Below are positions 15,889-24,115 of a stretch of DNA of 35,741 nucleotides, one piece after another; position 1 is the first letter of the stretch, and each line of letters opens with the position of its first letter. The notes under the pieces are model-generated. The model did not search any database and was not told the DNA's origin. It saw only the letters and a list, made by a program, of their open reading frames with translations. The DNA is from Chloroflexi bacterium RBG_13_53_26 (GTDB taxonomy: Bacteria > Chloroflexota > Dehalococcoidia > UBA2247 > RBG-13-53-26), in the NCBI GenBank assembly GCA_001795035.1, contig MGMW01000032.1, positions 1 through 35,741 of the forward strand, given 5' to 3'. A program made the translations under genes and the position numbers.

Positions 15889-17016
15889 ATGGATTTCAAT
15901 CTCAGTGAGCGTGAGAAAATGATTCAGAGTGCTGCCTGGGAATTCGCTCAGAAGGCAGTGTTGCCCCAGGCGGCTCATATTGATGGCTCTGGCGAGTTTC
16001 CGGCGGAACTTGCCCGGGAGATGGGCAGGATAGGGTACTATGGCTTGCCGTATCCTGCTGAGTACGGCGGAGGTGGAGCGGGCTATGTTGCCTATGTTTT
16101 GGTAGTTGAACAGCTTTGCCGTGCCTCTATGACGGTCGGTGCTATTGCAGCGGTCAGCATTCTCTCTGAAGAGTCCATTTTTCGCTTTGGTGATGAGAAG
16201 CAGAAACGGGGGTTTCTTACTCCCCTGACCAGCGGCAATATTCTTGGTTGCTTCTGTTTTACGGAACCAGCTACAGGATCTGATCCCAGGGCCATATCCA
16301 CGAAGGCGAAGCCGGACGGTGAGGATTATGTTATCGAGGGGCAGAAGAGTTTCGTTGCTCTTGCCCCGTCAGCTTCCCAGGCAGTTATTTTTGCGAAGGA
16401 TGAAACTGGCAGGATAAGTGCCTTTGTTGTCCCAACATCAGCATCAGGCTTTGTGTTGAGAGAACCATGTGAAACCCTGGGTCTGAGGGGGCTAGGAACA
16501 TCAGTCGTTTACCTGGATGGTGTTCGAATTCCGAAAGAGAACCTTATCGGCAAGAAGGGCTCCGGCTATGAAATCATGCTGGAGGCCATAAGTCTGGAAA
16601 GAGTGGGAGTGGCAGCTCAGGGGGTTGGACTAGCTCAGGCTGCTCTTGATCTTGCCCTTGACTATGCCAGACAACGCACCGCTTATGGCAGGCCAATTGC
16701 AGAGATGGCTACTATTCAGTGGCTACTGGCAGAGGTGGCCTCCAGAGTGGAAGCAGGCAGATGGCTGATCTACAGGACAGCCTTTGTGCGTGATCAGGGG
16801 AGGGAGATACGAAGTGAATCTGCAATGGCCAAGCTCTTCTGTTCTCAGGTGGCGGTGGAGGTAACTCGCATGGCTATGCAGGTTCACGGCGCCTACGGCA
16901 CAATGAAGAGTTTGCCTATCGAGCGGTTGTATCGGGATGCTAAGATGACAGAGCTCTACGTTGGAGTCTCTGAGATACAGCGAGTGATAATCGCCAGTCA
17001 TTTGCTGAGGGAGTAG
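15889..17016 (+). CDS. acyl-CoA dehydrogenase (IVD/LCAD-like placement of the catalytic base)
   Basis: 375 aa. CFTEPATGSDP and QRVIIASHLL. The C-terminal 'LYVGVSEIQR' has Val where MCAD-type enzymes have the catalytic Glu (YEGT). 'ISLERVGVAAQ' carries a Glu at the IVD/LCAD-type position. Confidence 0.9.
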   Translation: MDFNLSEREKMIQSAAWEFAQKAVLPQAAHIDGSGEFPAELAREMGRIGYYGLPYPAEYGGGGAGYVAYVLVVEQLCRASMTVGAIAAVSILSEESIFRFGDEKQKRGFLTPLTSGNILGCFCFTEPATGSDPRAISTKAKPDGEDYVIEGQKSFVALAPSASQAVIFAKDETGRISAFVVPTSASGFVLREPCETLGLRGLGTSVVYLDGVRIPKENLIGKKGSGYEIMLEAISLERVGVAAQGVGLAQAALDLALDYARQRTAYGRPIAEMATIQWLLAEVASRVEAGRWLIYRTAFVRDQGREIRSESAMAKLFCSQVAVEVTRMAMQVHGAYGTMKSLPIERLYRDAKMTELYVGVSEIQRVIIASHLLRE

Positions 17017-17019
17017 AAA

Positions 17020-18243
17020 GTGGATGGGGCAGTGGGTCATAGATTTGAGATAGCGAAATCCTGCACTCGGAGTGGCGCGCGGGCTGGATTGATTACCACG
17101 CCGCGGGGGTCTTTGCCTACGCCGTTGTTTCTTCCGGTAGGCAGCCAGGGCACAGTCAAGGCACTGACGCCGGATGACCTCAAAGCTATCGGGGTGAAGA
17201 TGGTGTTGGCCAATACCTATCATCTTTATCTCAGGCCGGGAATTGGTGTTGTTGAATCATTGGGGGGTCTGCATCGCTTCATGTCCTGGGAGAGCCCTGT
17301 TCTTACTGATAGTGGAGGCTATCAAGTATTTAGCTTGGCGCCACTTCGCCGAATCGATGACGAAGGTGTTCACTTTAGATCCCATATCGATGGCAGCGAA
17401 CATTTCTTTACACCTGAAAACGTGATTCAGTTCCAGGAAAGGCTGGGGGGTGAAATTGCCATGCCATTGGATGAATGTCCCCCCTATGGTGGCGACCAGG
17501 CATTGATTCGGGATGCTATGGAGAGGACGCATCGTTGGGCTGAAAGGAGTCTGAGATGCCATCGACGGGTGGATCAAGACCTCTATGGAATTGTCCAGGG
17601 AGGAGTTTTCCCTGAATTGCGCCGAGAATCGGCAGCATCTCTTACGTCGCTGGGATTCTCTGGCTATGCTATAGGGGGGTTGAGCTTGGGGGAACCCAAG
17701 AAGGTGACACTGGCTGTGGCAGAAGAGACGCTCTCCTTTCTACCAAAGGAAAGGCCGCGCTATCTCATGGGAGTGGGGTCTCCTGAAGATCTCTTTGAGT
17801 GTGTTGCCCGAGGGGTGGATATCTTTGATAGCGCTCTGCCCACGCGCACTGCGAGAAACGGTGCCCTATTCACCACACTGGGAAGACACAACATACATAA
17901 TGCATGCTATAAGAACATGGACGAAGCTGTTGATACAGATTGCGATTGCTATACCTGTCGTGGATTCTCAGTGGCCTATCTTCACCACCTTTTCAAAAGC
18001 AAGGAACTTCTGGCTTACAGGCTGGCCACAATCCATAACTTATCGTTTATTATCAGATTGATGGAGAGGATACGGCAAGCTATCATCGATGATAGCTTTG
18101 TAGCACTCAGGGACTCTTTCCTGGCCAGTTATCGAACAACAGACGAGGAAACACGGCTGTTGCAGAAACAGAAGTGGCTAGATAGATCTTCAAAGACTCC
18201 TGGCGAAGGCAACAGCACCAAGAATGCCAGCGTTATCACCTAG
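17020..18243 (+). CDS. tgt: tRNA-guanine transglycosylase (queuine tRNA-ribosyltransferase)
   Basis: ARAGLITTPRGSLPTPLFLPVGSQGTVK, NTYHLYLRPG, TDSGGYQVFSL, GGLSLGE and the zinc site CDCYTC...H. A C-terminal tail of about 35 aa overlaps the convergent ROK gene. Confidence 0.93.
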   Translation: MDGAVGHRFEIAKSCTRSGARAGLITTPRGSLPTPLFLPVGSQGTVKALTPDDLKAIGVKMVLANTYHLYLRPGIGVVESLGGLHRFMSWESPVLTDSGGYQVFSLAPLRRIDDEGVHFRSHIDGSEHFFTPENVIQFQERLGGEIAMPLDECPPYGGDQALIRDAMERTHRWAERSLRCHRRVDQDLYGIVQGGVFPELRRESAASLTSLGFSGYAIGGLSLGEPKKVTLAVAEETLSFLPKERPRYLMGVGSPEDLFECVARGVDIFDSALPTRTARNGALFTTLGRHNIHNACYKNMDEAVDTDCDCYTCRGFSVAYLHHLFKSKELLAYRLATIHNLSFIIRLMERIRQAIIDDSFVALRDSFLASYRTTDEETRLLQKQKWLDRSSKTPGEGNSTKNASVIT

Positions 18244-19164
18244 CTGGCTAGGGACTATACGCACTACCTGAGCGGGCAACTGGAAGGCCCTCTCTGTGAC
18301 TACCTTTCTGGCACCGTCAAGAAGCATGTCACCCATTTTGGCCATCCCGCCACCCACAATAATCATCTCCGGGTTGAATATGTTGACCAGATTTACCATT
18401 CCTACACCGAGATAGCTGGCTGCTTTGGAGATAATTGCTATAGCGGTGGCATCCCCCTTCTGGGCTGCAACCGCCACTGTCTGAGCGGTTATGTTTTGCA
18501 GTTCACCCTCAGCGACTTCAATGATGGTGGTTCTGGCACCATGAGAGATTTGCCTTTGCGCTTCTCTGGCGACTGCTTTGCCCGATGCCAGCATCTCGAG
18601 ACAACCAATGTTGCCGCAGCTACAACGAGGGCCGTTTATGTCTATAGTAGTATGACCGATTTCGCCAGCACTCCCAGAAACCCCGTTGTATAGCTTGCCG
18701 TCGATGATGATTCCCCCACCGATGCCTGTGCTGACTGTGATGTAGATCAGATTGTTCACACCTCTTCCGGCACCAAAGGAGTGTTCACCCAAGGCTGCAG
18801 CGCTGGCGTCGTTCATAACGAAAGTACGGATTCCTGTTGCGCCTTCCACCATGTCTTTCAGCGGGATATTGTGCCAACCAGGAAGATTGGGCGAGTCTGT
18901 CACTGTTCCTTTCACTGAATCGATAGCACCAGCAGCGGCTATGCCTATAGTGGACAAAGAAGAAGATATGAGGTTGGTGTTATTGATGAGATCGTCGATT
19001 GTAGTCAACATGCGGTTGACTACTGCTTCCATTCCTTCTTCAGCCAGAGTGGGTTTGTATTGGCGGGAGATGATTTCCCCTGTTGGGGAGACTATAGCGG
19101 TTACGATCTTGGTACCCCCAAGATCTATAGACAGAACGAGATTCTGCTTAGTAGGCTCAGTCAT
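18190..19164 (-). CDS. ROK family glucokinase
   Basis: LVLSIDLGGTKIVTAIV (ASKHA phosphate-1). ROK zinc motif GHTTIDINGPRCSCGNIGCLE. NPEMIIVGGG. Confidence 0.87.
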   Translation of the reverse strand: MTEPTKQNLVLSIDLGGTKIVTAIVSPTGEIISRQYKPTLAEEGMEAVVNRMLTTIDDLINNTNLISSSLSTIGIAAAGAIDSVKGTVTDSPNLPGWHNIPLKDMVEGATGIRTFVMNDASAAALGEHSFGAGRGVNNLIYITVSTGIGGGIIIDGKLYNGVSGSAGEIGHTTIDINGPRCSCGNIGCLEMLASGKAVAREAQRQISHGARTTIIEVAEGELQNITAQTVAVAAQKGDATAIAIISKAASYLGVGMVNLVNIFNPEMIIVGGGMAKMGDMLLDGARKVVTERAFQLPAQVVRIVPSQLGDNAGILGAVAFARSL

Positions 19165-19278
19165 GGTCGTATCTGTATTATAGCTGTCAGTACAGCAGCT
19201 ATCAATTTCGGTGGATTGAGGCGGGCCCTATCTGGTCCGGATTGGCGGCTTATCGGGCTAGTCCTGGCTCTTCATGGA

Positions 19279-19650
19279 TTATGTTTGCTCCACGATGACC
19301 ATTGTGCCTGACGATATCTGCTTAAGTAACTTGGGGTTGCCTGTTAGCCTTCCTATTACGGTGACGGGGCTTGCTGCTCGGATCTCGTTCTTGCGACTTG
19401 CCGGAGTGGGGCCAAAGAAGATGCAGAGCGAGTTTCCATCCGGCCAGTAGCCCAGATCACCCATCTCAACGACCTCTTTCCCGCCTTCGATTTCGAGATA
19501 TAGAGGTATGGGGAAGTAGATCTCCTCCCCCCATGTATTGGCCTTGCCCTCCAGGGGTAGTATATCGTAGAGGGCTGTGGCTGTCTTGGTGTCGTTCAAT
19601 TCAGCCTGCAAATCGATATTGCCCGCTCGAATTCTGATCTTAGGGCTCAT
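19279..19650 (-). CDS. cyclophilin-like fold protein (TM1367-like)
   Basis: 123 aa. 'NTWGEEIYFPIP' and 'GDLGYWPDGNSLCIFFGPTP' match my recollection of the TM1367 family (NTWGEEIYF..., [20 protein letters not shown]). Confidence 0.75.
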   Translation of the reverse strand: MSPKIRIRAGNIDLQAELNDTKTATALYDILPLEGKANTWGEEIYFPIPLYLEIEGGKEVVEMGDLGYWPDGNSLCIFFGPTPASRKNEIRAASPVTVIGRLTGNPKLLKQISSGTMVIVEQT

Positions 19651-19735
19651 CTACAATACTCCAAATTCATCCGTTTCTCGAAGTCCTGTGTATTCGACTC
19701 ATCCTCTGGTCATACTGTTAGGCTTTGTGGGTATT

Positions 19736-20821
19736 CTATTTGGCAAAGCACCTCCAGCATGGCTTGAGGTTGTCTTTAACTGCCTTCACGATTTCTCGCG
19801 TTTCTGCAAGTCTGTGGTCCGTCCTGAGAGAGAAAAGAAACGGCTCTACCAATTGAAGGTCGAGTTTGGCTAATCCCGAGACCAGGGCGAGCCAACCAAA
19901 AGGCAGGACAGCCTGGTTGTATCCGCTCCCAATGAGATCAACTACCTTTCCATTGCATACCCTTTCGGCTACTTCCCCAACTTTTGCTACTACCATTCGC
20001 AGGCCTTTCAGAGTCAGCCCCAAATCAGTCAGTTCATCGGCAAAATGAGGATCAGAGCCTCCGTTTCTGATGATTATCTGAGGTGCGAATTCCTCTGCTA
20101 AAGGAGCGAATATCTCGTCGATGACGTATTCATAGGCATCATCGGAGGCCCCTGGAGGCAGGGGGATATTGACGGTGAATCCCAAGCCTTCGCCCTCTCC
20201 GATTTCATGGGCGAAGCCGGTTCCTGGATACAAAGTCCGCGGGTCCTGGTGAATGTCGATGAATAGCACCCTTGGGTCCTGATAGAAGATCTGACAGGTT
20301 CCATCCCCGGCATGAGCGTCGGTATCAATAACCAGGATTCTCTCCAGGCCATGGTTCTCGGTCAGGTTTCTGACGCATACAGCCACGTCATTATAGATGC
20401 AGAATCCAGCTCCGTAACTCCTTTTGGCGTGATGCAGTCCGCCACCAACGCCCACAGCATGAGCGAATCTGCCCTTCCAAACGATTTCGGCTGCTGTTAG
20501 AGTGGCTCCCACGATTAGCTTGGCAGCTTTCTCCATTCCGGGTTGAAGAGGGGTATCTGGACTGAGGAACCTGTTGTCCGGTAGCCAGACCCCCTTGGAT
20601 TCAGTTTGCAGGAATTCAATGTAGACTCTATGGTGAACAAGAAGCAATTCTTCATCTGTTGCATGCCTTGGATCGACCACTTCGAACTTGCTGCTCTCAA
20701 CTTTCTCTCTCAGGAGATCCATAAATCGGGTATACCTGTCGCTTCTGAAAGGATGCCCAGGTCCGAAATCGTAGCCTTTCATTTGTTCGCTATATGCTAT
20801 AGCCAGTGTCATCTCATTCAC
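19736..20821 (-). CDS. histone deacetylase-family amidohydrolase (AcuC / acetoin utilisation protein-like)
   Basis: GGGLHHAKRSYGAGFCIYNDVAV and VIDTDAHAGDGT (zinc and active-site motifs). GTG 20821 or ATG 20812. Confidence 0.88.
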   Translation of the reverse strand: MNEMTLAIAYSEQMKGYDFGPGHPFRSDRYTRFMDLLREKVESSKFEVVDPRHATDEELLLVHHRVYIEFLQTESKGVWLPDNRFLSPDTPLQPGMEKAAKLIVGATLTAAEIVWKGRFAHAVGVGGGLHHAKRSYGAGFCIYNDVAVCVRNLTENHGLERILVIDTDAHAGDGTCQIFYQDPRVLFIDIHQDPRTLYPGTGFAHEIGEGEGLGFTVNIPLPPGASDDAYEYVIDEIFAPLAEEFAPQIIIRNGGSDPHFADELTDLGLTLKGLRMVVAKVGEVAERVCNGKVVDLIGSGYNQAVLPFGWLALVSGLAKLDLQLVEPFLFSLRTDHRLAETREIVKAVKDNLKPCWRCFAK

Positions 20822-20824
20822 GCT

Positions 20825-20968
20825 CTACTTGACTCTGACCCGGACCAGAATGTCCCCCGGATGGCCATCAGTTATCTGGCAAGCATTGCGCAGTCTCAGA
20901 ATATTGCCGGTCTTCACTCCGGAGGGAATTCTCACCTCCAAGCTCCTAGTATTCCTCTTCAACAGCTT
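20825..20968 (-). other. in-frame continuation of the J-domain gene after the TAG (47 codons with DnaJ/CbpA CTD-like sequence)
   Basis: The same frame after TAG (20971..20969) reads KLLKRNTRSLEVRIPSGVKTGNILRLRNACQITDGHPGDILVRVRVK, then TAG (20827..20825). Compare E. coli CbpA '[23 protein letters not shown]....GPNGDLWLVIHI'. Confidence 0.6.
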
Positions 20969-21496
20969 CTATGTTCCCATTGAAGCCTCGTCTTTTGAGA
21001 TCATCAGCTCATAATGAACATCTTGCTTTCGTGCTCTTTGGGCCTGATGAGGTCTCCCCCGTGTTCTACACGCTCTGTCTGAAGGCCAAGTCTCAAATCT
21101 TATGCTGCCACCTGGCCCAGTGGAAGTTCTGAATGAAAATGCTCCTCCTTTACCTTTGATCAGGTCGCCGAATACTTCGTCGAGGAACCCAAAACCCAGG
21201 CCGGCTCCATTAAATTCCCTCATCAAGTCTTCAAAGGTCATTCTCGTAGAAGCACTACCGAAGATATCGCCAATATTGCCCGTTACCCCAAACTGGTCAT
21301 ACTGTCTCCGTTTCTCTCTGTCTCCCAAAACCCCGTAGGCTTCGTTTATTTCTTTGAACTTGTGGTGAGCCCATTGTTCGTTTCCTGGATTGCGGTCCGG
21401 ATGATATTGCATGGCCAGGGTTCTGTAGGACTTTTTGATCTCTTGATCGCTGGAATCTCTGGTCACACCCAGAATCTTGTAGTAGTCCTCAGCCAT
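20969..21496 (-). CDS. J-domain protein (DnaJ/CbpA-like), ends at an in-frame TAG
   Basis: [35 protein letters not shown] carries the HPD motif. A G/F-like linker follows. The ORF terminates in '...[17 protein letters not shown]', exactly where DnaJ/CbpA C-terminal domain I begins. Confidence 0.85.
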   Translation of the reverse strand: MAEDYYKILGVTRDSSDQEIKKSYRTLAMQYHPDRNPGNEQWAHHKFKEINEAYGVLGDREKRRQYDQFGVTGNIGDIFGSASTRMTFEDLMREFNGAGLGFGFLDEVFGDLIKGKGGAFSFRTSTGPGGSIRFETWPSDRACRTRGRPHQAQRARKQDVHYELMISKDEASMGT

Positions 21497-21736
21497 TGTT
21501 CAATCTACGACTCCTTAGTGGTTCAGTTGGGTTCTACCCAGTTAGATCTGGGTATAGTCTGGCCTCCTGTTGGCGGTGCGAACACTCGAGTATCTCAGGC
21601 GTCAAGTATAACACACCACTGCTCTCTCACGTGTCCTGTCGTTTGATATACATGACTCTGCCAAGAGCAAGGAAGGTATGCAGGGTGCCGGTGGGATGGT
21701 GAACATGAGCGGGAACAACTGCGATGATAAGACTAA

Positions 21737-21768
21737 GGGCCCGAGGTGATTTCTTACAAACCGGGCCC
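21737..21768 (-). terminator. GC-rich hairpin, possible terminator of the acyl-CoA cassette
   Basis: GGGCCCG (21737..21743) pairs with CGGGCCC (21762..21768) around an 18-nt loop. On the minus strand it is followed by UUAGUCUUAUC. It lies about 118 nt downstream of the hotdog gene stop. The large loop and weak U-tract keep confidence low. Confidence 0.25.
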
Positions 21769-21885
21769 ATTTGAATGTAAGCACGAGTACCGGCAGGTGT
21801 CCCAAGTCTATGTCAACATTGCGTCTGTTGCACGATAGTCCCACGACTAATGTAGTGATTCACAGTGCATGAAGGCTGTGGCTTT

Positions 21886-22296
21886 CTAGCCGAGGTTCAT
21901 TACCTTGCCGATGGCGGTTGCCACTAACTCACCACGCTGATTCGTGGTCGTCGATTTCATGGAGAAAAGCACCATTTTCCTCTTCTCGTTGGACTTGTCC
22001 TCAACGTTATACCACTCGTTGACAATGGTGATGGTGTCACCGGCGGCGATTGGTTTGAAGTACTCCAGTTCCAGGCCGGCATCGACGATGCCCGGATATG
22101 GCCATTGCGGTGTGACCACACCCTCACCCATGAGCATGGCGCAAGCCAACATGCCAGGTGGCATGCGATTATCCCATCCTGGACTCTTGTCCCCGATAGC
22201 CTCGCAGTAACGGCGGATCATGGTTCTGTCGATCTCATAGGTTGTGGGGTTACCCTTCTTGCCAATATAGGCCTTAAGTTCCTCTACAGTGGCCAT
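21886..22296 (-). CDS. MaoC-like hotdog protein, N-terminal (non-catalytic, FAS1-dehydratase-N type) class
   Basis: 136 aa. 'YEIDRTMIRRYCEAIGDKSPGW...MPPGM' followed by a hotdog core with 'GDTITIV'. It lacks the hydratase-2 'GDxNPxH' motif. ATG 22296 has GGAG 8 nt upstream; the track's GTG 22302 is too close to the SD. Confidence 0.78.
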   Translation of the reverse strand: MATVEELKAYIGKKGNPTTYEIDRTMIRRYCEAIGDKSPGWDNRMPPGMLACAMLMGEGVVTPQWPYPGIVDAGLELEYFKPIAAGDTITIVNEWYNVEDKSNEKRKMVLFSMKSTTTNQRGELVATAIGKVMNLG

Positions 22297-22360
22297 GTGC
22301 ACATCTCCTTTCCTGTGATTCTACGTTATGAGGGCAGCGTAGCACGACTTTGCTGCATTG

Positions 22361-23611
22361 CTACCATGCCTTGCTCAGGATGCAAGCTGCATTGTTGCCG
22401 GCATAACCATATGTCTGAGCAAGACCATTTACCAGTTTGGTTTTCTTGACCTGGCCGTCGCCTGCTTCGCCGCGCATCTGGCGGACCAGTTGGCAGACCT
22501 GGGAAAGCCCCTGGGCCACCACAGCCTCGCCCTGGGCAGCCACGCCGCCCCCGGAGCAGACCGGAAGTTCGCCTGTGATCGGATGGACTTTGCCGGACAT
22601 GAGCATCTTGTCGGCTTCGCCGGCTTTGAGGCCGAGAATGCACTCCAGGTAGACCAGGTAGTGCCAGGAAGAGTTGTCTGGAAGCTCTATGATGTCGATG
22701 TCCGCGGGCTGGAGGCCGGATATTTTGTAGATGACATTGATGGCGTTGCGGGACTCTGACAGGTCGAGAACGCCCGGGCGCGGGTATGCAGAGCAGAAGG
22801 TCAGGCGGATAGTCGGATCGCCGAAGGTTGGGGTGCCGATGGTGATGGCTTTGACCAAGAGCGGCTTCTTGTTATGCTTCTTGGCGTTATCCAGCGTGGT
22901 GACTATGACAGCGGCCGCACCGTCAGAGGTGGCGCAGATCTCGAAGAGGCGAAGAGGGTCGGCGATGTACTTAGAAGCCTTAATCTCCTCGATTGTGAAG
23001 ACCTTCCGGTATCGGGCATAGGGGTTGTTCACAGCGCCCTGGGATGTGATGTGCTTGGCCATGGCCAGCACTTCATCGGTGGTGCCGACGTCGTACATGC
23101 GGCGCCTGAGCTCCATCGCCCAGTAGGCGGGGTTAGTTTCGCCGGTCATGCAGAAGCGGATGTAGTCGGTGTCGTTCTCGGCTCCCCTATCGAACTTGGA
23201 TGGACTGGGGTCGCGGAGCTGGGGGCGGAAGAAGCCGCCGGCTGACTTGTCAGCGGCGACGGCGATGGCAGTGTCAGCGTGTCCAGAAGCGACTGCCAGG
23301 ACCGCCTCTCGTAATATGGCCTGGCCCGAGGCACAGGCGTTCACACAGTTGACCATGGGGATGCCGGTCTCGCCCATCATGCGGGCTATGGACGTGCCCA
23401 TGAGCAGGGAGGGGACGCCGCCGCGGTCGGCTATCCACATGTAGGCGCCATAAGCCGCGCTCTGGATGTCCCTCCAGGACATGTTGGCGTCCTTGAGCGC
23501 ATCAACTGTGCACTCGACACCCATTTCCTGCATGTTTTTCTCGGGGAACTGTCCCCACGGATGCTGGCCGATGCCAACGATAGCAACTTCACGCATAGCT
23601 TTCATCGTCAT
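22361..23611 (-). CDS. thiolase-fold protein (SCP-x / lipid-transfer-protein type) with degenerate catalytic motifs
   Basis: REVAIVGIGQHPWG, VNCVNACASGQAIL (nucleophile Cys retained) and QLVRQMRGEAGDGQV. 'ELPDNSS' replaces ELHDCF. 'PVCSGGGVAAQGEAVVAQG' replaces PVNxSGGxxxxGHPxGATG. Start is ATG 23611 or ATG 23605. Confidence 0.88.
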   Translation of the reverse strand: MTMKAMREVAIVGIGQHPWGQFPEKNMQEMGVECTVDALKDANMSWRDIQSAAYGAYMWIADRGGVPSLLMGTSIARMMGETGIPMVNCVNACASGQAILREAVLAVASGHADTAIAVAADKSAGGFFRPQLRDPSPSKFDRGAENDTDYIRFCMTGETNPAYWAMELRRRMYDVGTTDEVLAMAKHITSQGAVNNPYARYRKVFTIEEIKASKYIADPLRLFEICATSDGAAAVIVTTLDNAKKHNKKPLLVKAITIGTPTFGDPTIRLTFCSAYPRPGVLDLSESRNAINVIYKISGLQPADIDIIELPDNSSWHYLVYLECILGLKAGEADKMLMSGKVHPITGELPVCSGGGVAAQGEAVVAQGLSQVCQLVRQMRGEAGDGQVKKTKLVNGLAQTYGYAGNNAACILSKAW

Positions 23612-23617
23612 AATCTC

Positions 23618-24040
23618 CTATTTCTCCACCGGCTTCCACATCCAGGTGATGTACTCGTTATCGGCATCCTCGTAGAGCTTGCCGACCGTCATCTGCACCT
23701 GCTGACCGATCTTGAGGCCTTCGGTGGTAGTGGTCATGCCCAGCACGCGCATGCCCTCTGCCACGTCAACCATGGCCACGCCGTAGGGCGTGAACGGCTC
23801 CATCCTGAAGGGAAGGGCCGGTTGTGCCGTATGAATAGTAAACGTATACATTGTGCCGGTATTGCTCAGGGGCACGACTTCCATGTTGGCCTTGTCCTTG
23901 GCGCAGTCGGGATTGCCGCAATAGGGGACCTTGGGGAAGAAGTACGCGCCGCACTTCTTACACTTGCTCGCCAGGAGCTGGGGCCTGTCCGATGGCCAGG
24001 TGAATAGACCCTCTATTATCGGGACTTGCTTCTTAGCCAT
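23618..24040 (-). CDS. Zn-ribbon + OB-fold protein (DUF35 family)
   Basis: 140 aa. CKKCGAYFFPKVPYCGNPDC is a 4-Cys rubredoxin-like ribbon. It is followed by an OB-fold segment (GTMYTFTI...VAMVDVAEGMRVLG...V). The stop lies 6 nt before the thiolase-like start, which is the classic thiolase/DUF35 pairing. Confidence 0.88.
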   Translation of the reverse strand: MAKKQVPIIEGLFTWPSDRPQLLASKCKKCGAYFFPKVPYCGNPDCAKDKANMEVVPLSNTGTMYTFTIHTAQPALPFRMEPFTPYGVAMVDVAEGMRVLGMTTTTEGLKIGQQVQMTVGKLYEDADNEYITWMWKPVEK

Positions 24041-24115
24041 ACTCTGCTCTCCTTTCTGAGTTTGTTGCTTTCCTCAACTTACCTTTCTGAAAACATGGCG
24101 ATTCAGGTTCTTTTT

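Noticed and set aside
20969-20971. Reading the in-frame TAG of the J-domain gene as pyrrolysine
   Set aside because: No pyl genes are in the window, and other genes here terminate normally at TAG (for example aroE, the DUF35 gene and malQ). A nonsense mutation or sequencing error is far more parsimonious. It remains only as an item to check.
21584-21591. Palindrome ACTCGAGT upstream of the J-domain gene as a possible CIRCE or HAIR heat-shock operator
   Set aside because: It does not match CIRCE (TTAGCACTC-N9-GAGTGCTAA) or HAIR (CTTGAGT-N7-ACTCAAG) in sequence or spacing. It is just an 8-bp palindrome.
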